64,000 bases of DNA from Camelus dromedarius (GCF_036321535.1 NC_087447.1:49354001-49418000); one strand, 5' to 3'; positions 26,371 through 39,800 are shown, counted from the first letter of the stretch. Translations and numbers: made by a program. Notes: generated by a model not told the origin, from the sequence alone.

Positions 26371-29314
26371 CGATACTACCTTATAGGTGGGATTGTGTGG
26401 TTCTGTCTGTCAGGAAAGGCTTCAAGGGAGGAGGCAGCAATGAGGGGGATCTTTAAGAAAACACAGAGGTGCAGAAGAGGTGACAGCCCTGCAGGCGGAG
26501 GCCTGGGGAGGGCAACTGAGTTCACTGGGTGTTGGGGAGATAGTGAGAAATCCAAGTTTGTCCGAAGGGCCTGGGAGGAGCACCAGGGAAGAGGACAGAC
26601 CAGAGAAGGGTCCATTCACTGCCCTGATAGTCATGGAGCATCTCCATGCATGGGGCCCTGGGCTAGGTGGGAAGGGTCTCAAATGCTAGACTAAGAAATT
26701 TGAACCATATCCAGAAGGCAATGGGGAGCCATGGGCACTTAAGGGGAAGAAGAATGGGCAGGGCTACATCTTAGACACAGAGATGCCTGTAACCCCATAC
26801 CTTTCCCCTATCCCTGCCCAACTGGGCAGGGTGGCGGCCTGCAAGGGGGCATTCATCCTCAAGTACACCTGCCCTACATTTTGACCCACTTTCCCAGGTG
26901 TGAGAACAGCCATCAGGGAGCAGGGAGGTGTGAGGAGCAGGTGGCTGTGGCAGCAAAGAGGTTTCTAGGGCCCTTATCACACTCTCCCGGGTAGCAGAGT
27001 TATTTGTGTACCAGCTTGTCTGCTCTGCCAGAATTGAACAGCCTCCTTGTGTCAGTACATTGCCTGCCTGTTTACCCACCATTAGTGCACCTGCTTCTCA
27101 GGACAGCCCAGCAGAGGGGGTGGGGGCAGGAAGACAGGACATGTCACCCCTGTTTCACGGATTTGGGGAGCATGAAAGATCACAAAGCAGCCTGCTTTAT
27201 TTCCCAGAGGGAGAAACTGAAGCCCAAGGGAGAGAAGAATCTTGCACCGAGACCAAGAAACTCAGGGATAGGGAGGCTCACGGGTGTGCCCAGAGTCACA
27301 GACTGGGAGGAGAGCCCCAGACTTCTGGTGCTCCTGTCACATTCCTGCTCCGAATCCCACATGGCTCCCTTTGGCACAGGCCTGAGGGCTGAGGGGTGGC
27401 GGGTGGTGGATTGGGGGCTCTGGCCAAGTCAAGCTCCAGGGCTCCAGACTTCTCACAGGCTTCCAGGCAGACAGCAATTGCTCCAGCTTCCTGCCAACAT
27501 TCACGTGTTCACTTTTTTGGTCATGATCTATATTTGTGAAGACTTTCAGGGGGTGCAGAGTGAGGGAGGAGGGGAGCCTGGCCCATTTTCTAGTGACCCA
27601 TGATACTGGAGATCTGAAAATCAAAGGCTAATAAACATTTCACCACGCAGACTGGCAGCTGGATCCCAAAGAGCCCACAGACCACACCTGAATGCTCTCC
27701 AGCCTTCTCGAGGGTCGAGAGGCAGGAAGGGAAGGGTGCTGGCAGAGGAAACAGTGCAGACGCTGAAGCAAGCAGACCCTGCCTGAGTCCTGTGTGACCT
27801 TGAGTTTCGCTTCCTCTCTGAGGCATACTTTCGTTGCCTGGAAAATGGGGGTGATATCTACCCCATAGGTGAAGGCATGTATAAAGCCTTGGTACCTAGT
27901 AGGGGATGACAGAGGGAAGCGGACATCATTGGTACTGAAATTATTACTGTTATTGTCATCATTCCCCAGGCCAACACCCTGCCTTCTCTCCAGCACCCAG
28001 GGGAGAGTTCTTGCCCAGATGTCCCTCAGGTAGAAGGGGATGATTACATTACCGCCACTGGAGACAGGCAAGGTTTTTTCAGCTGTCTGTCTCCCACCCA
28101 GTCTCTGATAGAAAACAGCAGTTTATGATTTTCTCTTCCTAGACCCTCACAGTCCAGAAATCTCCAGGGACATGCCCTGCTATTCCTTCTTTCTGTAATA
28201 GCCTTTCCATCAGTTCCTCCACTGTAGTCCCTCCCATCCTTCCTTCCCAATGTCACCTCATCCAAGAAGCCTTCCCTGACTGTTTCAGCCTAACGTGTCC
28301 TTGCCCTGACCCCTCCCCTCCTTCCCTTCTTTCCTCTTCCCAACCATCTTTCTTACTTCCTTCCTTGCTTTTCTTCCTTTCGTGTTTTCAGTCTCTGGAC
28401 CTGACACTGTTCTTACTTCCAGGAGGCACAGGGCCCTGTGCACCTACACACTGGAGCAGGAAGACAGATACTCCACCAATAAACAAAACCCTCCCTCAAA
28501 AGCACAGCAGGAGGGTGGGATGATAGGGTGTACGATGCATCCAACTCAGCTCCAGGCTCCCCTTCTAGGGTGGGGTGCACCCCACACAGACGCACCTCTC
28601 CCTTCCCCTCCTCCATTCTGTCCCTGTGTCCCCTCAGCATCCCCATGAACCTGCATATCTCTGCTCCACCGTGGGCGTGGAACCACGTCTTCCTTCGGTC
28701 ATCTTTGGTATATAGCTGGTGCTTAGTAAGTATCCTGAATGGATGAATAAATGAATAAACACGAGCCAAACCCTGAGCTTGAAAATGGGGAAAAATAGAA
28801 CTTGAGCCAAGAGGCAAATTAGAGGCAGGCTGCCTGGCCACCAGCATGAGACACGGGTGTGTGCGGCCTCAGCAGGAGCACGTCACATGCAGGGCGGCCC
28901 CAGACACTCGGCAGCCCGTGATTCTTCTAATGGGAGGACTTTATTTAAATTTTCATTTGTTTGGGTTTGTTTTTTTCTTTTCTTTTCTTTCTTTCTTTTT
29001 TTTTTTTTTTTTTTTGCCAGTTTGAACATACAAAGTTTTAGAGCTATAGAATAACGTATTATATTAAAACGAGATTAATGAGAAGTATTATTTTTCCCCC
29101 ATTCTCACATTTTATAAAACATCAGAACAGATTAACAAGGTGGCCATCTCCAACTCTGCGTCACCCACTCTGGGGGCCAGTCAGGGGCCAAGAGCCCTCT
29201 GTGGTCGGGGGCTCTGCCCAGACTAAAAGCTATGGCCTAAGGTAGTGGCTCTTTCCTAAGAAAGAATTTTGGGGAGGAAAATCCACACCTGCTATTTTGC
29301 CAGACATAGTGCCC

Positions 29315-29875
29315 TTGCTGTGCTGGAGAGTGGCTTGGTACAGGCTCATAAGAACTGACTGTCACCTTCGTAGGAATTTTGTGAGCTTGTTGTTAAACAC
29401 AGCCATTGCTGGTGGCTCTCTACTAGGGGTGAGTCTGTTCCCCGGGAGGGCATTTGACAATGTCTGGAGACATTTCAGGTGGTCACGACTTGGGGGAGGG
29501 GTGCTACTGGCACCTGGTGGGTGGAGGTCAGGGATGCTGCCTGCACCAGCCAGCCCCCACCTGGCCCTCAACAAAGAATCTCCGGCCCCAGTGTTAACAG
29601 TGCTGATGGTGAGAAACCCTGATCTAAACTTACAATTAAATAAATTATATTAAAGACAAAAGGAATACACACTCAAACTTATCACTTACTATTATTTTAC
29701 TATATTTCACTATAAAGATGGTGTCCTACTGTGCATCTCCTCCCAATTCCATGTTCAGACATCACGTTAGTCGGGGGAAATCCTTGGCAGGAGAACTTAC
29801 ACCACAGAAATCAGCAAATACTACAACCTCATCCTCTCTTTGTTTCCCGGCCAGTTGTTATCAGGGCACTATTGG
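29315..29875. mobile_element. MER63-like hAT-Blackjack element, split by MER20
   Basis: gtgctggagagtggcttggtacaggctcata...aggaattttgtgagcttgttgttaaacacagccatt, resuming after MER20 with aaacttacaattaaataaattatattaaa. Confidence 0.65.
29408..29621 (+). mobile_element. MER20 nested in a MER63-like element
   Basis: gggcatttgacaatgtctggagacattt...ggtgctactggcacctggtgggtggaggtcagggatgctgc...gagaaaccctg. Confidence 0.85.
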
Positions 29876-30015
29876 GTGTGACACTAAGTAGAGAAGGGAA
29901 ATTCACAAGCCTGGTGGGTGCCTCTAAGTTTCCAGCCCAGGCAGACAGCTCAGCACCAGCCCACTGTATGCAGTGTGGAAGCAGGATCCAAATGTGACCA
30001 CGTGCACAAACTCTA

Positions 30016-30135
30016 CACACCACACACACACACACACACACATACATTACTAAGCACACCCCATGTGCACACCTGCATCACACAGCCCACATACAACTCC
30101 CCCGACACACCCATACACACACCTCATAAATACAC
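30016..30135 (+). repeat. (CA)n microsatellite and CA-rich low-complexity tract
   Basis: cacaccacacacacacacacacacacatac..., read directly. Confidence 0.85.
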
Positions 30136-31567
30136 CTGTGCTCCCACAGCAGCCATCTAGCCAGACTGGACTAACTTAAATTATGAGAACAATAAGAGAA
30201 TACCAGTCTGACTGACCATCTTCCTTGATGCGTCTGGACACCGCTGCCTTTACTCCCCCGTCTTCCCATGGTCTATCCTCCCCATACCCCCACACCCAGC
30301 TTGCTAAGGCAAAGGTCTCAACACCCACCTCCGGGGCACCATCCAGTGACCCCATCTCAGTGTCCATTCCTCTTGGCCACTGGAGCCCTGGCTGAGAAGT
30401 CCCCCATCCCTGCCCTGTGCCCTGCTTTCTGCAGGCTCCAGAGCAGAGCCTGGCTGGTTGTGACCTTCAGGGCCTGGCCTCCACCCCTTCCCAGAGCCTA
30501 TGATGAGCAGTTCCCTTGGCGACTCCACCCACTCGGGGACTTCAGCTGCCACCAGATGCTGGTAAGTCCAAACCTCCATCTCCAGCCAGACTCTCCCGGA
30601 CCCCACACCCACCAGCCTTGGTACATCTGTATTTAGATGTCCCCTGACTCCTCAGACAAGTCCCAAACAGACTTCCTGTCTACCCACACCTGTCCCTTGC
30701 CTACACTCTCTGCCCCTGCCCACCCCAGAGGTCAGCACACAGGAAGTGCTCAAGGCACATCTCATGGATAAAGGGATAAATTACATAATATATATAAAGA
30801 AAGGAAAAAACAAACTTCCTTATGAGGCAGATAGGAAGTCTTACCCCATTTTACAGACGAAAGCCCTGAGTCTCGGTGAAATTAAGGGGCCAGCCCAGGA
30901 GCCGCAGCCGAGGCAGGGGGCTGTGTGTGGGGAGGAGGGAGGCCGTGTAAGACCTGGCACTGGGGGCTGCAAGCAGCAGCCAGGCCAGGGTAGCCCCGCA
31001 GGATCGGCTCTCCCCAGCCCCAAGTGAGGGGGTTAGTTACAAAGAAAAGGAAAAGGCGTTCCTGATATGCGTCCTGTTTCCTCTCCTCCTCTGGGCTTCT
31101 CAGGCCTTGGAGGGCGGATGTCTCTGGGCTGGCAGCACTCAGCCAGTACACGCACGGACAGGCAGGGGGTGAGGGTCTCCCAGGGCCCCTTCCACCCTAG
31201 CAGTCTGGCCTGCATGGAGTCAGGGGCTCCTGAGTGACCCTCAAGTTTCCCTTCCCAGCCCAGAGGAGCCTCCCTTATCCCTAGTGAGTACTCGTCACAG
31301 CCAGACACCTCCTTCCATTGGACTGTCCCATAAAGGCACCTCCACTGGGAAGCCTTCCATGTCACCCTTACTTGCTCCGAGGGGGCCCTCTACAGCCCCT
31401 CTTCTTCCCTTCCTCCCTGCCCCTCAGCCACCTAGTCCATTACTCTGCCCAGCTCTCTCTGTGGCTATTGCCTGCAGATGGGAGCTCCCCATGAATCAGG
31501 CCAGGGAGCAGGGAGCAAAGGCAGAGGCCATCAAATGGGGCTTCTTCAGTGAAAGAACAAGATGAAC

Positions 31568-31878
31568 CTCCTCCATCAGACAGGGAGATTGGGGCCTTCC
31601 TGAGGACAGGTTAGATCTCCTCTGTCAGGTAAGAATTTCGCTGAGGGAAGTGGCCGTGACTCCTCCATCAGATAGCAGGCTCCTGCAGACAAAGCTCATG
31701 CCTCCTTCCAAAGACAAGGAGCAGCTAAAGGACAAGAGGGCTATGTCCTCTCCATTAGATAGGGGACCCCGGGAAACAGGAGCCATGTTCCCCCCATCAG
31801 ATCAGAGTCTCTCTCCTAGAGGACAGGACCATGTCCCCTCCATCAGACCAGGAGCCCCAGAGGGCACACTCCCTGTCT
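31568..31878 (+). repeat. degenerate tandem array, ~7 units of 42-49 bp (core CTCCTCCATCAGAC...GAGGACAGG...CCATGT)
   Basis: Unit starts at about 31568, 31617, 31660, 31702, 31747, 31789 and 31835. Confidence 0.75.
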
Positions 31879-34800
31879 GCTGCCTCCTCAGCAGTTTCTA
31901 AAACAGTCTTCGGCTCAGTCTAGGACACAGAAGGAACTCCCCCTGGGGCAGAACTGGGGGAAGTCGTGCCCACATCCTCCCTTGCACAGGGTCCCATGCC
32001 AACTTCCCATTCACGCCCTCAACTGAATGGATGCTGCCTTGCCATCTTTAAGACAGCCATGTGTCTATCTGGGCAGAGGCCAGATGTCTTCTATTTCAGG
32101 CAGGAACACTGACTTCTAGAGAGATAGCAATGGGGACAACTGGGAGAGCCCTAACAAGAGAATGCCCAGGACCAGATGGGCAGTGACCAGATGTGTGGGC
32201 TGGATGGGTCTCTGCTCCCGACTCTGCTAATAAGTGGGCACACCTCTTCCCCCTGTGGCCACTAATACCCCCCACCCATCTCCAAACTTTGTCAGCACCC
32301 ACTGCAGGCCAGAGTGGCTGGAGGCATCAGGGAGGAGGGAGAGCAGGGCCCTTCCCAGGTCCCACCTTGAGGATATCACTGGCCTTCCCCGGTGCTGTCG
32401 CTGAGCCTGGTCCAAGCTGCCCCCACAGCCGTCCTCCCTACATGTGCCCGCTCCAGGAGCTGCTATTAGTTAGCATCGATCTGCAAAGTGCTTAGCCGAG
32501 ACATTTTATGAGCTCAGCCTCACCCAGGGCCCTGGGGGCTGAGAGCAAGAGGTGGAAACTGAGTGGGAAGCCCAGGCCACTTGACAGAGCCTGGGAACAG
32601 CTGAGCCCCAACACAAAGATCCAGACAAACCCAGGGCCAGCATTCAGTAAATGCTAGCTAAACACATGTTCACTGAAAAGCAACCTAACTAGATCTGGTA
32701 ACTAAATCCAGGTGTATTTTTTTATTAAGAAAGAATTATTATTATTATTGTAACTGATTTTTATTAAGTGTTTAATACAAGTCAGGCACTATTCAGACAC
32801 TAGAGTAACTCACTCACTCCTCACAAGCACCCGGTAAGGTTGATCCTCCCCACTCTACATACAGGAAACACAAGGAAGTTAAGTAACTTGCCCAAAGTCA
32901 CAAAGCAGAAATAAGAAATGTTAGCAGCTCAAACCATCTGCTTGATAAATTAGGAAGTAAAAATATATTAACAATGATCTGTTTTAAAAGAATCAGACAC
33001 TTTTGAAAGATATAACTAATCCTAAGTGTGTTCCAAACCAAATACTTTCATTATCGGACATTCTGTGGTATACTTGGGATGTAAGAGGTTCTCTGAAAGA
33101 GCAGTATCACAAGTGTAAAACATGCGCTTGTCAGTCATCTCAAAATCATGGTTATCCTTCTTTTGAAACTTCTAACTAAGCAGTTTTACTAAACTTTAGA
33201 ATACAAGCCCCCAAGACCACAATAACAATTATTTTAAGATTTCTCATTTATTTATTTGTCATATGCTAAATACTTCACCTATTCCTCCTGTTTCACCTTG
33301 AGGACAACTCAAGGGAAAAAAGACATTACTCCGTTGAGGAGGGCTTCCTTGCACCTCCATGCTGAGGGCACCCATCCCATACACCTCGTTGGTGGGCATG
33401 ATCTGGCAGATGTTTGCCCCTCCAAGATGGGAGCTGCTCCAGGCAGAGACTGTGCTTGGCACAGACAAGGTGCATTACAAAGGGCTCGGGGTTAGACAGG
33501 CCTGCTGCTTCATCACTCTGCGCTTCAGCTGTCTAGGGGGTGAAGTGAGGTCCCGGCACATAATTAGAGCTCTGTAAGTGGTGAAAATACTAACCACCAC
33601 CATCACCACCACCACACCATCCCCGCAATGAACAGACTTGCTGGGCGGCCCTCAGCAGGTCCTTGATGGACAGAGTTCAGCTGGGTCACCAGGTCTCCGA
33701 GAGGGTCTTGTTACCTCATAAGGGCCTGGGCAGCTGAGAGAAGATAATGGGTATGATGAGTTCCTGGGAGGCCAGAGTGCTGGGTAGAGACAGTGGCCTG
33801 TTATTAGGACAAGGCTGTCTTAGCGAGCATTTTTAAGAAACACATTTCCATTACTTCCAAGAACACAGAGGCTTGCAGATGAGGTGGGCACAGCAAAGCC
33901 AACTGAGAACAGCTGCCCTCAGTGAGGCAGCAAATGGGGAGGGACATTCTGTGGCATCTCTGAACATCTCCCCAAACCACACCCTGGGGCTTGGTAATCC
34001 ACCTTCCACCTGCTCCTCACACACGTCCCTTCCTTAGTCTTGGGAGACAGGGATAGGGTATGAGAAACCTTCTAGGAGGAACAGTGCTGGCCCCTTTCTT
34101 TGCCACCAACCTGTTTGGAGTGACAACCAGCTCCCCATTCCCTGACCTAGATGTTCAGGCTGTCTTTCCCGCAACCTGAAGAAGGCCATGCAAACAGTGA
34201 AAGGTGTGGAGAAGGGCAACTGGGAACAGGGTCCAGATCTCTACCCTGGCACTTTATGGTTCCTGACCTCACCTGTCCTCACCTGGACAATGGGATAACA
34301 TGATCACCTCCAGGGTGTCGAGGAGAATAACTGAACTGATGTCTGCCTATGCTTGGAACATAGTCCAAGTTCAATATATGGTAGGATTAGGGCACTGAGA
34401 GGCACCAGAAGTGCCAGGATGAACCAGGCTATCCAAGTCCCTGGAGAGGTGGGGAGGGGAGGGCGGAGGCAGATAATCACAGGTTAGAACACACAGCGAG
34501 GAGGTGGAGGCACCTTTGACCACCATGCCAAATCTCCCAACATTTTTCTGGCCCTCTCTGTGTATCTAGTGGGCCCGAGGCACTGGGACACCTAGGGGTC
34601 CCTGGAGGATGACAGATGAGCTTATGGAATATACTCCTTAGGGCCTAGACAGCCTCTCTGGAAACACTCTCCCCCTCCTTTGGCTCAGATGTCACCCTCA
34701 TCAGAAAACTTCATGACCAACATGGTCCCCTTGGTGTCCTGATTATCAGTTGGTAGTCCTGGGCAGTGAGCATGAGCATTTACATCACAGAAAGTGAAGG

Positions 34801-36296
34801 GCTCTTGTACCTGGATGATTGGTTACCTGCTTTGAGCTGGGTCTCTGTGAGTCTGATTGAGTCCATCATGGGGGCCTTCTCGCGTCTAAGGGCTGGACTG
34901 CCCTGCAGAGACCTTGCCCAGGCCAGCCCCCGGGAGACCAGCTTCCCCAGGGCCTTCGCCATCCTGCTTCTGTTCTACCACAACCACAGTGACCTTAAGA
35001 AGCAGAATAGTCTGTGGGGAATGCACTGCCCACATATGCAGGGAAGACATACACAAACCAACAATATCCTGCAAAAGGCACCAAGAGAGGGTTATAAAGA
35101 GGGTGAGAGTAACTCTGGGGAGGGGGTAGCTCCATTCTTCCCAGATGGCCAGGGGGCTGCTGAGGAAGTTACAGAGATCAGGTGACATCTGAGCTGGGAC
35201 TTGAAGGATGACTAAGAATTTTCCAGGTCATCAAGGTGCAGAAGAAAGAACGTCAAAGTGACGTGCATATGTATGGAATTACACATCCTTAAGGAGCAGA
35301 GTGCACATTTCAAAATCACTGTCTCATTTGATTCTCTCCAATCCCATAACAGTGTTATTACCTACTCCTCCCCGCACCTCCCTCCCCCCGCACACACATA
35401 CATGCAAATAAGAAAAGTGAGGTACAGTGAAGGCAGATGATGGGCCAAAGGGCACATGGTGGCTGACTTCTGGGCAGAGGGAGGGGTGGGGGATGTGTGC
35501 TGGCTGGGATGGCCCTCTTCTCACAAAGGTGAGGGTATTCCTCTCAGGGAGCAATCCCTCACTCCCGGCCCCTGCTGTCCTGTGATAACCCTCCTCCCAT
35601 CCCCAGCATACCTACACACTCCTCCGGACCCCAGGGCCTGTCAGAAGGGGCAGCCGGCAGAGGGACAGAGCAGCTTGGCTAGGGCTCAGCCGAGGGAGTT
35701 GAGGAAGAGCTGACCATTTTCTAAGGCCCAACCTGGAGGCCCTGCCCCGCCCTCTCCCATTCACCCCAACCGCTGATAACCTCCACCTCTCCCCCTGTAA
35801 ATCTCCTCTCCTGGCCTCTCCTCTCCCCTTCTCTTGAAGCAGCTGCTGCCAGCCTCTCCCTCTCCTCCCTCCACCCCACGCCCTCCCGAGGGAGCTGTGA
35901 GCTCAGCCTTTCCCATCAGCCGTCCCTGGGAATGATGGGAAATGCTCGGCAGGCCAGGAACTGAGAGGAGGCCAGCCCCTGAGAGGGAGGAGGAGAAGCA
36001 GGGCTTTTCTGAGGGCCGCTGGGGGCATCCTGGGGGCAGGGCTCAGTTCTGCTGCTTCCTATGAATCCCAGGCTGGGCTTACGGGTGCAGTCTGCCTGAC
36101 CACATTACACGCTCTAGATGAGGTGGGCTCCAACTGCTGGAGCCAGGATGGGCCTCTCTTTACAGATGGGGAGACAGAAGCCCAAGGAGAAGACAAAAAA
36201 AAATGCGTTGAGGGACTGACTGCCAAGTCCCAGGTACTGCTTGAGCCTTTCATACTTCTTGTCTCATTTAATCCTCACAACTACCCTGCAAGGAAT

Positions 36297-36778
36297 GTGT
36301 AATAGGCTGAATGATGGCCCCCTGAGATGCTCACATCCTAATCCCTGGAACCCTGAATCTGTTACCTTACATAGTAAAAGGAACTTTTCACAAGTGTTGT
36401 TAGTTAGGGATCCACAGATGGAGAGATTACTCCCTATTATCTGGGTGGATCCAGTGTAATCACAAAGGTCCTTATAAAGCAGGAGGCAGGAAGGGCAGAG
36501 AGAGAAAAGGCAAAGTGAGGATGATGGAAGCACTGAGAGAGAAACTGGAAGATGCTGTGCTGATGGCTTTAAAATGAAGGACGGGGCCAGGCACCAAGGA
36601 ATCCAGGCAGATTCTAGAAGCTAGAAGTGGCAAAGGAAAGGAGTCTTCCCTAGAGCCTCCAGAAGGAACGCAGCCCTGCCAACCTATTTTAGGACTCTGA
36701 CATCCATAACTATAAGAGAATAAATTTGTTTTAGGCCACTAAATTTGTGGTAGTTTGTTACAGGAGCAATGGGAGACT
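36297..36778 (+). mobile_element. MaLR solo LTR (MLT1C/D-like) inserted into a MIR
   Basis: Same MLT1 hallmarks as the 11367 element (ctagagcctccagaaggaacgcagccctgcc); the two MIR halves flank it (aatcctcacaactaccct / cccattttgaagatgaggaaac). Confidence 0.88.
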
Positions 36779-39386
36779 GCTGAAGTAGGTATTCCCAGTC
36801 CCATTTTGAAGATGAGGAAACCGATGCTCAAGAAGGCACACGATGTCCCCAGGTCCTACAGGCCCTCCTCCACACCACCCTGGATCACTGGGGATCTCTA
36901 CAGGCTCTTAAAGTTGGGAGCCCCTTGGCCAGGGCTTCAAGGTTGGGGAGAGTCTGAGGAGGAGGAGGCAGAGGTCTGCTGCTTGTAGGGCCGAGGCTGA
37001 GGGCAGGGAAGGGATCTGGGGAAAGTAAAGCTCTGCTTGAAAGGGGCTGTAGTGTGGCTGGGGGCTTCTGGAGCCAGTGGCTGAGTCCTATCCTGCCCAG
37101 AACTGGGAAGCAGGGAGGCATGTGACACAGAGGAAGGGCTCTGGCTGTAGAGCTGGGCTCAGGGGGCTGAGTGTTTGCAGGATTAACTGAGATGAGATGA
37201 AATCCCCCCATTATCTCTCTTTGATCTTGACAAAATCCTTGGGAGGAAGGCTCCTTATCCTTCTTCCTGCATTACTGGTGTGGAAAATGAGGTCCTGAGG
37301 ATTAGTGGCTGGCCCAAGTTCTCACAGACGGTAAGCATGGAATCTGGGTATTCATAATGATCAACATAATGAAAAGCATCAAACCATGATGGATGGCTAT
37401 TGAATGTTGTGTGCCTGACACTGTGTTCATTGTCCCTGATCAAGTCCCTCCTCTGCTTCAAACCGCTTAACTGCTTCCCACAAGTCCTTCGCAATCTGGC
37501 CCCTGCTCACCACTCCAAACCCCTTCCACCACATTCCCCTGTCTGCCATCCTCCCCACCAACACCCTCCAGCCACAGTGACCTTGGTCCCTTCCCTGGAG
37601 CCATCAAACTCGTTTCCACTTTGGAATCTCCCACAGGGTTCTGGGCCCCCTCAGCCCCAGGCCACTTGTGAAGGAGAAACCATGGGTCCTGGCCACTCCT
37701 GCTCCTCCTTATGGGTAAGGAAGGGAGCAGAGACAGGGGTCAGCCCTAGATGGCAGGCCTTGAAGGCTGGAGCTGAGAGGGCCTGGGTAAGCTGGTCATT
37801 TCCTACACAGTAAAGACAACAGCAGCCTGGAGTTGTGGGGGCAGAACTCCCCAGGGGGTAAGCCCACCCAGATACATAGAGGCTAGCACACTGGAGCTGA
37901 AGGGGCCTTGAAGAATGTTGGGTCCCTCCCCTCAGGGCACACATGGTGACACTGAGGCCCAGAAAGGGCAGAACTTGCCCCTGGCTCCACAGTGTGTCAC
38001 TGTGGGAGCCAATCTGAGGTAGAGGTAAAGCTTTGGGGTCTGCCACTCACTTGCTGGGTGCACTTGGGCAGGGAGGGAATCGCTCTGATCCTCACCTCTA
38101 GAATGGGAAAAGCTTGCCATTTTCGATGAATGCTTAGGAAGCACCTGGTGCAGGTGAAGCCCAGGATAAATGAAAGCTGTTCTCACCATTGACAGAGCTG
38201 GGCCTGGACTCAGGACACTCACTGATGTGGGAGTGCACCCCCTCTCAGCGACATAGCTGGTGGGTTTAATTTAACCCCCAGGTTAGACCCAGGAAAGCAC
38301 CCAGAGAGGTGGGCACTCAGCTGTCTCCAAAGCCACTGCTTCTGGGCCCTCAGTGCTGGTCAGACCTTGACCTTGGCTGATCATCTCTAGGAAGGGTTTT
38401 GTTAGCCTCGTTTGCCTTACAGTTAAAGAAAGGACCCCCCAGGGAAGCAAGCCTGGACCAGAGGGGCTCCTGGTCAAAACCCGCACTTCCCACTTCCACG
38501 TGGAAAGAGGGAAAGAGGAATTGACCACATACTGAGCACTTCCTGCAGGTGGTGCTGTGCTTGGGCTTTTGTGCGCTCGCTCACTTGACCCCCACCACCC
38601 AGAGGGGATTAGAAGGCCCACTTGCTGAAGAGAAAGCCAGAGGTTTCCAGAGGGTGAAGAACTTGCCTGTGGCACCAGCTGGTAAAGTCCTGTTCCTACC
38701 CTGCTCCAGGAGGCCTCCGGGCAAGGGCCCATTCCTATTCCAGAGCACTGCGTCTAGGGCCATTTTGAAGAGAAGGAACCCAGACTGAGCCAAGGCAGAC
38801 TGACCCGCCTACAGCCCGCTATGGCCATCTCCTCCCTCCAGCGCTTCTCACCTCACCTCAACCTCCCCAGAGATCTGTTATTAATAAACTATGAAAATAC
38901 CACACCATGATGCTGTTGCCTCCGTCTGGAATGCTGTCCAGCCCCACACCAAGTTCACATCTACTTCAGCTTAGATTTTTGCTCATTCGGCACTTCCTCA
39001 GAAAGCCTTCGGTGACCCCCAGCTAGGGCAGATCCCCACATCAGGCACCCTCAGCTCTTCTCACAGTGTGCACCTCCTGCCTTCTGTCTCCCTGCTCCAG
39101 ACCATAAGCCCCATTAAGCCAAGGACAGAGTCTGTTTGCTGCCATGGTATCCCCAGAGGTGAGCCCAGTGCTGGCACGCAGCCTCCGGAAGCCACTCTAC
39201 ACTTGCCTGGGCCAGGCCCCACGCCAACTGCTGAAGCTACACATCATGTATAATCCTCACGATTACTCTAGGACGTGGGGATTATCACCCCCCACATCCC
39301 CATACAGATGAGGACAGCAAGACTCAGAAAGAAAGTGACTTCCCCGAGGACACCCAGCTAACCTGGAACACGCTGAGACCAGCACC

Positions 39387-39549
39387 CTGGGCCGGCTACA
39401 AAATCTGTGGGCCCAAGTGCAAATGAAAACATGGGGCCCCTTGTTCAGATTTCAAGAGAGAGACAGAAGAGCATTAAATCAATCAAGAGGCACTTCTGAG
39501 CTCAGGACCCTGAGCAACTGCCCAGGTTACATGCCCTGAAGCCAGCCCC
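39387..39549. mobile_element. MER45A-like hAT MITE
   Basis: Terminal inverted repeats gggccggct / agccagccc; internal gggcccaagtgcaaatgaaaacatggggccccttgttc. Confidence 0.7.
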
Positions 39550-39629
39550 AAGGGCACCCGTGTACTCTGACTCCCAGCCCAAAGCCAGGCTCCTCCCACG
39601 GAGAGGCCCTTTGGCATCGGTCCCCTAAG

Positions 39630-39800
39630 ACGGTGGTTCTCACACTTGAGCTTGGGTCAGAATCACCTGGGAGGCTTGTTAAAATCCAGTTTGCTGGGCC
39701 ACACCCCCAGAGCACCCTCTCTCAAGGTGAGATGCAGGCCTGGGAACCTGCATTTCTAACTGCTGCTTTCTAAAGGTGGTTGCTGATGTTGGTGCTGGGG
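39630..39800. mobile_element. MER5A-like hAT-Charlie element
   Basis: gtggttctcacacttgagc...tcagaatcacctgggaggcttgttaaaatccag...gggccacacccccagag...ctgcatttctaac. Confidence 0.75.

Noticed and set aside
31568..31878. CRISPR-like repeat/spacer interpretation of the periodic array
   Set aside because: Mammalian intron; the repeats are highly degenerate and non-palindromic, the spacers are related to one another, and there are no cas genes
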